From Halocafeteria seosinensis (lineage: Eukaryota), in contig LVLI01000268.1 in NCBI GenBank assembly GCA_001687465.1, forward strand, positions 62,001 through 95,445: a stretch of DNA of 33,445 bases, in the 5' to 3' direction. The position numbers and the translations under genes are program-made. Positions 12,110-23,074 of this stretch are shown in pieces (position 1 is the first letter of the stretch; each line of letters starts with the position of its first letter). The notes beneath the pieces were generated by a model. The model saw only the letters and a program-made list of their open reading frames with translations. It made no database searches and was not told the DNA's origin.

Positions 12110-15100
12110 GTCTACTCGTAAACGTCTCTCTAGATTGATTTAGTGCGCGCGTACAAAGGGCGTGATCCAAAAATTATTGCTGGTATCCTGCAAAAGAGAC
12201 ACGGTGCAAAAATGAGAAGGTGTGTGGAACTGCGAATCGTCATGTGGCAACTCCGAAAGTACAATAGTCGAGAACAGTAGCACTGCTGACGTTTTCGATT
12301 TTGGTACTCATACAGGTTCTGGAGCTGGGCAACAAGATCCAAACGACGGTCGTCGTTGGAGAATTACACGACGCTTCAGAATTCAAACACGATGATCACC
12401 CACCTAGCGGATATCAACACACACCACCACCAGCCGGCCGTCGCTCTTTGCAGAGTGCACCTCCATTAGAGTTCCACACAAATACTCGAAGCAAGCTTAT
12501 ACCAACGAACTTCCCCACTTTACAAATCGTTCTAAAATCACAACAACTTTGAATTCTCAAAACAGGCTTTCGTAAAGCGATCTGGCCGGTTTTCCGCACC
12601 ATTGGCAACAAAAAGGCACAGGGATATGGATCCCCCTTCGGCCACCCCTGTCGTAGCAGGGAAAGTCTTCTACGGTCTACTCCGGTCAGGCTAGAATTGG
12701 GTTACGTAGAGCATTTTGCCCCAGTAAAGCACATATGACAACAGACTTTTTCTATCCGCTTGCTCCTCTTGCTAGAAACCGAGTTATGTTCGAATACGAG
12801 AACCAGGAATCCTTACAAGCAAAACGGCGGTGCGGAAGATGACACCTGACCTCACTGTTTTCGCCCTTGTTTTTGTCGTCTTTTAATTACGAAGAGCGAC
12901 AGCAACCCGCGGTACATAAGTTGGAAAGATTCCACAAAGCAAGACACTTTGTAGCACAATGGAGTGTATGAACTAATTTTCCTTCTCCCAGCCTCTACAG
13001 CTAAGTTAACTTGCCTTCCACCCGAAGCGCTCTTTGAAATGCCCCAGAAACTGCTCGCTCCTTATGCTTGTAAACAAGAGGATTCCCTATTCTTATGGGG
13101 GAAAAATGACACCATAACTTACTTTGTAATAAAAGGCCGCTATGCGACGAATGTATTGTCGTTCTTCGCTTCTGAAAATGACTCAAACTCAAGCGTGGAG
13201 AGACGTTCGAGTCACTGTCTCGAGAAATTCGGGTCTTTGGACTCACTTGGGCGAAGTGTGACTTCTTCAGTTCGATTCAAGGTATATTTTTACAAAAACA
13301 CAAATGGCTTGTTTACCATCTTTCTCGCAATGCCAACCCGTTGTGAAAACGATTTTCTTTCAATGCAACCGAACACGTGTGACTGGTTTGTACTCCAGGC
13401 GTGCAATCCTATCTCGATACCGCACCGAACTTTGTACGGTAACACATTGTACCAGGCATAATTTATAACGTCAATGATAACAGCTCTTCGTTTGCTAGTT
13501 GATAATGCGATTACGACGATGTAAATCATTTTCGTGGATATCGTCCGGAGGATGACCATACTTGGTACCGTTCTTGCCTTATGGTGTATAGAAGAATTAA
13601 TAAGGGGAATCAACTAGGTGAAGACGGAAATAGCGGTCCTTTGGCCTCCCTCCGACCGGAAACGATCTTCGGCACAATGACCGCGTAAACATTTTACATA
13701 TAAGTCGAATGTCTGCATAATATAATCAAATCAGCGTACAAAAAAGTGGTGAACACTTTCAGGAGTGAAGCTGACCTCGAGGGTTGCAGTATTGACATTC
13801 CCAACAAGGACCATGGCGAATCTTTAATTCTACGTCCCATGAATTAAGTGGGCAATTGCCTTGATATAATTGTGCTGCAATATATCCGTCGACACTGGTG
13901 TGTGCTTAAACGAATGCTATCGTACTTCAAACTTTTCAAGCAGTCAGCGTACCATCCTGTACTGCCAGGTGTACAGCAACACAGTCAACGAGCTGATGCT
14001 GCTAAACGTGCAAAGCGCGCTACTGCGGGAGTAGACGAGAAGCAGAGGCCCTCTATGCGACACTCTAGAAGATAACGATACTCCCTCAACACACATGTAA
14101 GAGAGTGTGGCACGTTTACCCTATCGGTGTGTGGTTCTAGTCCATTCGAGGAATGAAAGGGCCACAGATGTCAGCAAAGAGAGCGTGCGTGTCCATGCCA
14201 TAGCGTCTTCGGTACACCGTAAGGGGGTAAGTGACTCCAACAGTTCTTTAGCACAGGAAGTCTGCGGGCTCTGCATGCAATGTGGAGTGTTCAGTCTGCT
14301 GGGCACATTAACGCTTCCGCACACCGGTAAAGATCCCAAAGAGCGCCACATTTTCGATCGTATTGGCGAACGGTGCCCCTATCTGCTCAATACTTTTTAC
14401 CTACATCATCCTTGACGAGGGATGAGGATTTGCCGATCAGCCGTTTGGATCTACGCTTTTCCGAACTTTTCCTGCTGACTCAGCTTGCGCCACACTAACC
14501 CAACAGAAATTTTTTACCTCCATAAGAGTGTCTGACTTGATTTCCTCGTTATGCGGTAATACAGCGGTATACGCTTAATCACTTGGTGCCCAACCGCTGC
14601 GTAGATTGTGGAAACAAGATGATAAGTACGTCGGACAAGCGAAACATTCGTGGGCTTCCTGAACATCCGTAATTGCTCGGTTTCTGCGGGCCACCTCGAG
14701 CATGACTGAGTGATGGATCAAGCCCAATAAGCTGTCTTACAGGAGCAGAGCTGATTGGAATTGGATCCCTGCCTAAGGTTCGAAGGGTTCCGCGGACCCA
14801 TGAGCTTATAATTGTTGCAAGCAAGGAAGTACGAGCCGGAAACAGCTAAGAGATCTTGGCTTGAACTTCAGCTTCATACACCATAGCTCTACTGGATGCA
14901 GTCGCGCATCCTCTCTCTCTAGGATATCCGCCTTTGCGACAATCCACTCCCCTGCATATCAACCGACCACACAGTTGATAATGCAGATGCATGAACAAGA
15001 AAGTATATCGTAGATATCCAACTATGTCGACAAATCCAATTATTGCGAAAAATACAACAATGTTTGCTCATTGGATTCCTCCTTCGTACACAAGGTCTCA

Positions 15101-15307
15101 TCGATCGCTGGACTCCAGCGGCTGGAGGTTCTTCCCGGGATCGTGACTCACCAAGCACTGTCCTTACAGGTTCAGAACTTCAGGCATAGCTAGGGTTGTG
15201 AATAGTGCCTCTACGAAGACAAGTTCACTTCTTTGGCAGTACTAGAGAGTACTTGTGTGTTTGTTTCTCTTGTATCCCTTTGTTTGAAAACAGAACCCTA
15301 CACAAAC

Positions 15308-16473
15308 ATGGCGGACGCTTCCAGTTCGACGTCGGGGGGAGTAGGTGGAGGACAAGCGCATACAAATCAATCCTCTAGTGGAGGGTCTGCTGGGGGATCG
15401 GCCAACACACCGACGACGGTGGAGGATATCCAGACATTAGCGTCGCAATATAAAGCTCTTCTCAAAGTAAGCAAACCTGACGACTTCAAACAAGAAAGAC
15501 GCCTTTTCACGCTTGACCATAAACAATGCAGGATTTCCAAAGTTTATCAAACAATTTGAGGACTGCTGTGCGAGAGATAAGACGCCTGAAAACCGAGAAA
15601 TAGTACGTACTGTGGGCTAGGCTGTATGAGGGAAAAGACCCCCGTATCATTGCTACTTGTTTCAATTTCATCGTCGCTACAGCGCTCTGGCCGAGCATTT
15701 AGTACGACTTAGCACGCTTCGAGCGCGAAGTGGTACAGGTAAACCTCGTTCTAAAGGAGGTGCTGCTTCATCAGCAGCGAATGGGTCTCAAGGAGGGAGT
15801 CAATCCAAGAGCACGACTGCTGCATCGGATACGACAACACCTACGAAGAAGAGCCCCGCCAAACAGACTGGTAAAAAGAGACCTCGTCAACAAGAGAAAA
15901 GTTCTGATTCAGGCAAAGGCAAAGGGAAAGGAGCATCAAAGAAGGGTACTCCTCCATCAGCTTTTTTCTTATTTAGTGTGGTAAGTGTTTGTATTCTGGA
16001 AGTATCTCACTTTTTATACGCGCATGCTGGATGTTTCCCTCCATGAGCAGTACCGGAGACCACAGCTCATGCAAGAGGACAAAGGACTCAAACCAAGCGA
16101 AGCAGCCACTCGTGCTGGCAAAGAGTGGAGGGCAATGACTGACGAGGAAAAACGCGTAAGTGATGTTGCCCCTTCCAATCTAGACTGCTTTGCCAACACA
16201 TATTGCTGACTTTACTTGCTTTCCGATCAGCCGTGGAATGAGGAGTATGAACGACGAAAACAAGAAATGCACGAAAAAATGCGGCAACAAGCGGCGGAAG
16301 GAGCCGACGGAAGAACAGAAACTGAAGGTGAAGCCGACAATGAAAAAGTTGAGGCAGCAGGTAACCAATATACTCCTCAAGACCACAAGAAGCCGAGGGT
16401 AACTCCTTCTCCCCAGAGCACGGCAGAGAGCAACGAGAGCGAGGGAGAATCGACAGCTGCGACTGAATATTAG
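15308..16473 (+). CDS. HMG-box protein with N-terminal coiled coil (Nhp10/INO80E-like architecture); exons 15308..15466, 15532..15602, 15683..15980, 16051..16155, 16231..16473
   Basis: Spliced HMG box: PPSAFFLFSV|YRRPQLMQEDKGLKPSEAATRAGKEWRAMTDEEKR|PWNEEYERRKQE. Four GT-AG introns (65, 80, 70, 75 nt) keep the frame. There is a basic linker and an acidic tail. Confidence 0.88.
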
Positions 16474-16535
16474 CTTGTCCTCGGCTCATCACAACGTAGT
16501 ATGCGTCTACCATGGCAGCCAATGAAGTGTGCGCT

Positions 16536-17301
16536 TCAGTCATAATAGATTCGGACATAGCCTTTGCTGATGAGATTCTCTCCAGTGTAGAAATTCGTTT
16601 CGACCACCAAATTGCCACTTAATATTTCCTTAGGTAATACACTGTCTTTATCTGCTCTCTCGATTATCTGCTCCCAACTATTGGTAGATTGCGGGATGAC
16701 GAATCCAAAGTGGAAGCCCCATTCTGCAAGACCAAAGAACCCAATTATATAACCACTGTGGTAACTGCCACGTATAATCCCAAATACCTTCAATACATCG
16801 ATCTGACAGCAGTATCCTTTGCTTTATCCAAAATTCTTCCATAGCTTCCTGGGACGAAAACACGACTTCCCGCGCGATCGCCGGTTGTTCCAGAACTTCG
16901 GCTGGAAGGTGAGCTGCAACGCGATACCAAGCTACAGAGTCTCACAACAGAACCTAAAGGAACAAAGGCACCGTAAAGGCTACGCACCTTCGAATTCTGA
17001 GTGAAACATCTCTGATCCCCTGCCAGAGTCCAAACCGTAAGAATGCGACGCGATCAGTTCCCACGGGGATGCATGCATGAACTTACCAATCACCTTCTTT
17101 CCAAAACACTGTTCCAGAATCGGGATCCCGTATTCGCATCGTCTCTCTGCATGACACTCACCACACCATAGAGAGCTGGAGGAGAAAACGGGGTCGTACC
17201 AAGTAGGTACGGGCAACTTACATCCTGAATCCCGTTGCGATTCGGTCTAGTCGATCTCGCTCACCTTCATTCTCCTCATGTTTGGATTCATTTCCAGACA
17301 T
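16536..17301 (-). CDS. PDE6D: PDE6 delta / prenyl-binding protein (GMP_PDE_delta family); exons complement(17222..17301, 17087..17146, 16988..17019, 16788..16913, 16536..16723)
   Basis: The spliced product reads IATGFRI|ETMRIRDPDSGTVFW...AIAREVVFSSQEAMEEFWIKQRI...CIE|EWGFHFGFVIPQSTNSWEQII...ILSGNLVVETNFY...VRIYYD, matching the PDE6D FGFVIP.STN.W signature. Introns are 75, 67, 74 and 64 nt. The ORF track shows it only as fragments. Confidence 0.93.
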
Positions 17302-17542
17302 GTTTGCCGTCAAAGCCTTGGTGATTACTTTAATTCTTCATACTCGTACCATGGACAATCCTCACACTTTGACATATTATTAATGACTAATGGAGATGAA
17401 TGGTGTGTGAAGCTAAACAGTTTAAGTCAAGTAAGTGTGTGTGTGCATTGGTGTTGGTCAGAACAAGGTGATAAAGCAGTTTTATATTGGATCATATGGT
17501 TAACAATGCAATAGGAAACAACCCGTGTTTGTGCCCATCTGT

Positions 17543-20500
17543 TCATCGCTTCTTATTCTTCTTTTGGGGTTGGGTCCACCCAGAACTTGTGCTGTCCGCC
17601 TCCTTGTTCGCAACGAAATCCGCAGCGAACTTTTGAACTTCATCCGAATTACCCAAATACGTAGTTAAATACGTCCGAATTTCAGCTGATGTTTCCAGAG
17701 TCATGCAGAAATGAGGAAGGGTCAGATCTTTACTGCCAGTCAGTTTTTTCATCTCGGCCTGACACCAGTCTTGGAAGGGTTTCGACATACCCTGACCACC
17801 AAATTCATTACCACTGTTACCAACTACTTTGGTATCCGGTTTCTTGGTTTTCGATATCGCTGTATTAGACGGGTGAGCAACATCCTCCCAAAAGTTCTCT
17901 TCCGTGGTAGCAGCAGCCGATGATGCTCGTTGGGGAGCAGTTGCGGGTGGAGCTTGCGCCTGCTTCTGGGCCCTTTGCTCCTTCAGCGATGGTGCTGCAG
18001 CCGGGGGAGGGTTCGCCCTCCGTTGCTGCTCCTCTCCCCAAATACCCCCTTGGCTCCCCTGACGAGGAGCTGGCTTCGCTGCTGACTTTCCCGGCATTAC
18101 ACCCCAGGCACTTGCTGCCGGCGGTTGGGACTTCAATCGTTCCGCCATAGTCATTCCTCCTGCCGGACGAGGGGTAACAGCCTGTTGACTGTTTTGGGTA
18201 ACGGAGTATTCGGTGGCTCTTTTTTGAGCCTCTTGAATCTCCTTAAGCTGGGTAGGCTGAGCCGATTGTGATTTTGTTCCCCAAGGTGTTTTTTGAGCTG
18301 ACTGCGCAGCTTGTACTGCTTGCTGATACCGCTGCTGTTGTTGCATTTGCTGTTCCCTCTGCTGTTCTTCCTTGGCAATCTGCTGAATGGTTTTCAACCC
18401 TTCTTTGGACTTGTTTCCAGCAGAGCTTGCATTCGACGACTCTCTTTTCCAAGCGTCTTTCTCTGAAGGAGCGGCCAGCGGTACCTGTACACTGCCACGG
18501 CCTAAAGTATGTACCTGGGATGATGGAGTGTGAGGCTTGCTGTCACGAACTGCCTGGTACGACCGCTTGTCCGCTTCCGCAGTAGCTCTAAGTCGCTCTT
18601 GACGTTCTTTCTCTTCCGCTGCTTGCTGCTTCGCTTCTTCTTCTCGCTGGATTTCTAATAGCGACTTGACATTACCCTTAGCAGGCTGGGCAGTCCACCC
18701 CGCTGTAGACGAAGAGAATATTTCAGTGTACAGTGACCGCGGCTGCGAGGTCTCCGTACTCTGGGCAGCAACAGGTTCTTGGAAAGCCGATTCATTTTGA
18801 CCACCACTATTCCGCTGTTCACGGAATTGCTCCTTTATAGGTTTCGCAGGTTGGGAAGGTTTGGCGTTTCCCCAGGCAGCCTTTCGTTGCTTTTCTAATT
18901 CTTGTTGGTAGCGCCTTCGCTCCTCTTCTTCCTTCTGTTTTTGCTCCTGCTTTTCCATTTCCATTTTCTCTTGGAGCATTTGCTTCATTGTATGTGTCTC
19001 CTCTCTCCAGTCGGTTCTTTGGCTTTCCGAGGCAAATCCTTCAGATTTCGGAGGGTACTTCAAAGGAGAAAAGTGAGATTCAGACGGCTCCATCGAAGTG
19101 GCGAATCCTTCGTGGGTGGTCTGGGGTGGAGGCTGAGGAGGGTGCATTCTGGAAGGATCCTTCTGGAACTGATGAGAAGCCTGTCCTTCATGTTGCATCT
19201 GTTGCAACTCTCTCTCCGCACGTGCAATCTGCAGCTTCCCTGCTTCAATTAAATTCGCGCGTTCGTTAATCTTCTTACTCAATTCACTGCGTAAGGCCAA
19301 CTTGTTTTGGAGCGACTTCTGTATCTCTTGAGTCGCATTATAATACGATGAAGCCTGAGAAGCCAGTTGCTTAACACGTTCTTGTTGCTGTGGTGGGAGT
19401 TGTTGGTATGCTCCATCTTTCATTGATTGCATTGCAGTGCTGCATTGGGACAACACTTGTCTGTATTGATGATTACTTTGCTGAAGGGATGATATAGTTT
19501 GCTCCAACTGATGGTATTGAGAAATTGCATTAGAATGTTCCGCCAGCCAGTTGTTCAGTTGCCTGTGAGCAGCCTGAATATTCTGCGCTAGCTGCTGTGT
19601 CGAATGCTGTCGTTGCTGTTCAACATTCTGCAGCTCTGGCACCGCCGTTGGTTGAGGCTGCTGAAGTGGTTGGTTCGTTCGCGCTGTGTTTTGGCCACGA
19701 TTAATATCGGCTTCTTCTATAAAAGCACTTTGCAGGTTCGGAAAGTAGTCAGAGAGCGGTAGAAATTCCCCTGACTCCCCGCGGCGTATTGGCAGCTCCG
19801 GCTTGAAATACCCCGCTTGAAGCCACACACGCATGTTGTCGGCCGTGAACGGCCCCTGAATGTTTCCTTGGGGGTCTCTGTAATACCAAGAGCTGCGACT
19901 TTGAGAAGCTTGACTGCGTGATTCGTCAAGTCCGGGAGGTGTACTTGTTGATGCCACCGATGGAATGCTACTTTGGTTGCTGGGCTGTTGTGGAGTTTCA
20001 TGCTCCACTGTTAAAGAATTTGTCATTTGCTGTAGGAAGGTTGACATGTCTGTGCTCGCCGGTCCACTTGAATCAAACGCAGAGCTGAACAGGGCGTAAT
20101 TGAAATCGTCCATGGGAGCACTAAAGGTCACACCGATTCCCGTACTGCCGAAATTGTCTCGGGGCTGATGACCCCCAAGCGGGTCGTGCAAATGCTGAGT
20201 AGCAAACTCCTGAGGTTTGTGTTCCCTTGAAGAATTCACTCTTTCGGGTGTGCCTGATGCATTCACCTCCTTATTGACAGAAGATCTCCAGGCACCCTGA
20301 TTAGGGTCACTACCCTCCGCTCCTTCACTTCCATTTCGACTACCAGACACCGCCTGTTGCTGAGGGCCTTGTTGATCGCGTCTGTTCATTGGACGGGCTC
20401 TCGAGTTTCCCTTCATTTGCTGCTGCCATGGTCTAAGAATTTCGCTTGGATCAAAAGGGGTGAAGCTTGCAGGCTTCAGGCATTCACTAGTGGTCACAGC

Positions 20501-21166
20501 CGGAATCTCAGGAAGGTTCGAAGGGGGATCTAACTCTTCAAAATGATCCAGGAGCTGGGGAGCTGTGTAACGCATGACTTTTCGTCGCGTTGAATGGTGC
20601 GAATTCGAGGCTGTAACGGGTGAAGTGGGCGGTCCTTCGCGCCTGGTGTTTCCACCTCCAGAAGGTCTCCTAATATACTGTTCAGAGGATGCAGATGCAT
20701 TACTGTCGGAGGTAGCAGATGGTTGCCGTAAAAAATCCGCACTTGCATATCCTTTATCTTCTGCTGGTATCTCTGTCGATTTTGGTTTCCGTATGGTCAC
20801 GTGATCATCATTTCCGCTTTGGCTGGAACTTTTTACGGACCGGGATAGATTGCTGTACATTGAGGATTCCCCACCACCATAAAACAACGAAGCGAAATCG
20901 TCGGTCATATTATCTCCTCTTGACTTGAACACTCCCTGAAGCCTTTGTGTAGGCATGTCACTTCCCCAAGCTTGATATTCCCCGTTCACACCCTCTCTGT
21001 CACCTTCCGAGTTTCCAGCAGCGATCGGACTGGAGATGACGGGATCACGAGAATAGGAGGAGTGGTTCTTAGAGTTTCCTAGCATCGTCTTTGGTCCTAA
21101 TGAAGGGGGAGCATGTATCCGATGGGAGGGGGACGATGGTCCTGTTTCTCCTTGACTGTTAGACAT
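17543..21166 (-). CDS. GYF-domain protein, GIGYF/Smy2-like, apparently intronless (~1207 aa)
   Basis: GYF domain WYYRDPQGNIQGPFTADNMRVWLQAGYFKPELPIRR at about 19750..19892, Q/E-rich coiled coils, repeated KSLLEIQREE/LKEIQEAQ motifs, and the C-terminal conserved FQDWCQAEM...IRTYLTTYLG...FAADFV. First ATG is at 21166. Confidence 0.9.
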   Translation of the reverse strand: MSNSQGETGPSSPSHRIHAPPSLGPKTMLGNSKNHSSYSRDPVISSPIAAGNSEGDREGVNGEYQAWGSDMPTQRLQGVFKSRGDNMTDDFASLFYGGGESSMYSNLSRSVKSSSQSGNDDHVTIRKPKSTEIPAEDKGYASADFLRQPSATSDSNASASSEQYIRRPSGGGNTRREGPPTSPVTASNSHHSTRRKVMRYTAPQLLDHFEELDPPSNLPEIPAVTTSECLKPASFTPFDPSEILRPWQQQMKGNSRARPMNRRDQQGPQQQAVSGSRNGSEGAEGSDPNQGAWRSSVNKEVNASGTPERVNSSREHKPQEFATQHLHDPLGGHQPRDNFGSTGIGVTFSAPMDDFNYALFSSAFDSSGPASTDMSTFLQQMTNSLTVEHETPQQPSNQSSIPSVASTSTPPGLDESRSQASQSRSSWYYRDPQGNIQGPFTADNMRVWLQAGYFKPELPIRRGESGEFLPLSDYFPNLQSAFIEEADINRGQNTARTNQPLQQPQPTAVPELQNVEQQRQHSTQQLAQNIQAAHRQLNNWLAEHSNAISQYHQLEQTISSLQQSNHQYRQVLSQCSTAMQSMKDGAYQQLPPQQQERVKQLASQASSYYNATQEIQKSLQNKLALRSELSKKINERANLIEAGKLQIARAERELQQMQHEGQASHQFQKDPSRMHPPQPPPQTTHEGFATSMEPSESHFSPLKYPPKSEGFASESQRTDWREETHTMKQMLQEKMEMEKQEQKQKEEEERRRYQQELEKQRKAAWGNAKPSQPAKPIKEQFREQRNSGGQNESAFQEPVAAQSTETSQPRSLYTEIFSSSTAGWTAQPAKGNVKSLLEIQREEEAKQQAAEEKERQERLRATAEADKRSYQAVRDSKPHTPSSQVHTLGRGSVQVPLAAPSEKDAWKRESSNASSAGNKSKEGLKTIQQIAKEEQQREQQMQQQQRYQQAVQAAQSAQKTPWGTKSQSAQPTQLKEIQEAQKRATEYSVTQNSQQAVTPRPAGGMTMAERLKSQPPAASAWGVMPGKSAAKPAPRQGSQGGIWGEEQQRRANPPPAAAPSLKEQRAQKQAQAPPATAPQRASSAAATTEENFWEDVAHPSNTAISKTKKPDTKVVGNSGNEFGGQGMSKPFQDWCQAEMKKLTGSKDLTLPHFCMTLETSAEIRTYLTTYLGNSDEVQKFAADFVANKEADSTSSGWTQPQKKNKKR

Positions 21167-21753
21167 TTTCACTGTTCACTTTCCCAATACTGGCTTCGAA
21201 CTCTCAAGATGCAAATAGTCCCCTATTTTCGCGAAATATACGAGACAGTAGGGCTTATATACCGTGTTATCCCGGAAACAGCGGCTCCAGAAATCGCTGC
21301 AGGGGAGAGGCGAAGCCGGTTTAGGGACCTATTACACAATCACCAGAGGTTATGTAGTGCTCTTACGCTAGTGCTATGTAAATTGAAGTATATTTACTTG
21401 TCACCTCACATTTGCATGAATCACATGACGCACAATACCCATGAAATGGTCAGATATACCTACGGCTCCCTGTGCACCCCTGACCCTTACCTTTTTCTTT
21501 CCCTATGAGCCGCCCTTGTAATGGACCCTTTGGGGACTCCACGCTTGGTTTTCAAACGAATACATGAGACAATCTTTCCGTTGTGTAGTTTTCGGCAGGA
21601 ATTCAACTACACTACACGAAGCGTGGCCGACTCGGCAGGCGAGAAGTGGATGTGAAGGCAACTTTTCTCAAAGAATAGGATACAGAAATAACGTATTTCC
21701 TCAACGTAGTCTAATGCGAGTTGTTGATTCAGTACAACACGACTTTTCGCTAA

Positions 21754-23074
21754 CTACAAGTCTCGGCCTCGCCCCGAAGCACCACCACGGTATCCTCCTC
21801 TTTGTCCACCACCACCGCCTCTTCTTCGGTCATTTTGGTGTCTACCACCTCCACCTCTATCATTGTTTCGGTTACTATCACCTCTCTTTCCGTAGCGATT
21901 ATCACGGTTCTTCTGTTGATCAGCTAGAAGCTGGCGGTCCAGCGGCTTCGGCTTTACGCTAGTCGTGATACGTTCGGCCAAAGCAAGCTGAGTCTGTGTA
22001 AGATTGGAGAGGTACGTTACCATAAGAAGGTCCTGTAGAGAAGATTGGAACAGTGAATGGAATGTCGCCTGGTCCATATGGGGCACTGCAGCGAGAGTAT
22101 CAGCAATCAAACGCCCGATCGTCGGATCTGGTTCACGCTTTTTGGCAACCACTTCGTCAACGTATGTCAATACTGAGGAAAGCATCTTTCGAATATTTCC
22201 TATAGCCGATTCAAGACCATCTAATTCAGTCGTCAACGAGGATGCATGTTCACCTCTTATTTCTTTTCCTTTCGTCATTGCATCGAGTCCTACTTTTTCA
22301 GCCTCTGAAGCGACTACGTCTACCTTTATTTGATTAAAGGCAACTAGCAATCTGCATTTATGCGAGATTCACTGTCAGCAAAAAATTGAATTCAATAGTT
22401 CTCATTCCTGACACATACTTGTTGATAAATGGGTTCGCAGAAGTAGTATACGCGTTGAAAGTGAGCCTTGGCTGACTCAAAGAAGTGTCAACCACCAAGT
22501 GCACGGGGGATAGCACTTCGTCCGTACTTTCGGTTCCTGATGCATTATTCGAGTTAGCGTAATCCTCGATAAATTGAGTAAAGAAATTGTGAACCGCAAC
22601 TGAAAAATCTGTGATTGCAGGTCCACTTTGTTGTTGCAGACTGGGCTCTTCGTCGGGGCCTAATGTGGGCGTCGTCGAGTACCAACCCACCACTCGCTCG
22701 TTCGGGTGGATTTTATTGTTTAAATGGACCATTTTTTCCAAGTTGGGTCGTCCCAGGGAGACCTGATACATCATATGAAAGAGTGAAAAACGCAGTTCAA
22801 GCTGTATAATACCTCTATACTGATTGCGTACCTCATCATTGTTTTCGGAGTGGTTCACGGGGAAAGCATTTGTGATTTCCACAGTATTTCCAGTCATGAT
22901 CCCCACGAGAGCTCCAATGACTCTCGGTTGATCCTTGCTCCTGCGGATATGATGGTCTAGAATGCCAAACATGGGCACTGGATGGAGCCTGAGGACCTCG
23001 GGGGGCTGTGGTTGAGACACTTCCCCCGGATGAGGGTGCTGGTGGCGGCTGAAATCCAAGAACAAACTCTCCAT
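21754..23074 (-). CDS. EIF3F: Translation initiation factor eIF3 subunit F (MPN/JAB + MitMem_reg); exons complement(22832..23074, 22419..22762, 21754..22351)
   Basis: Contains LHPVPMFGILDHHIRR...RVIGALVG, VEITNAFPVNHSE, ERVVGWYST, PVHLVVDT, EAEKVGLD and the eIF3f-type SLQDLLMVTYLSNLTQTQLALAERI. Introns are 69 and 67 nt. Confidence 0.92.

Noticed and set aside
12964..13461. 165-aa plus-strand ORF
   Set aside because: GTG start in a eukaryote, no recognisable motif, and composition like an antisense shadow.
14770..14800. GGTTCGAA resembling a tRNA T-loop / B box
   Set aside because: No T-stem pairing, acceptor stem or cloverleaf could be built.
17543..23074. Functional cluster of translation genes (GIGYF-like next to eIF3f), or of chromatin genes
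   Set aside because: Adjacency of housekeeping genes in a compact eukaryotic genome is expected by chance, and there is no evidence of co-regulation.
21754..23074. Proteasome lid Rpn8 or CSN6 as alternative identity
   Set aside because: The QDLLMVTYLSNLTQTQLAL C-terminus and FPVNHSE motif fit eIF3f better.
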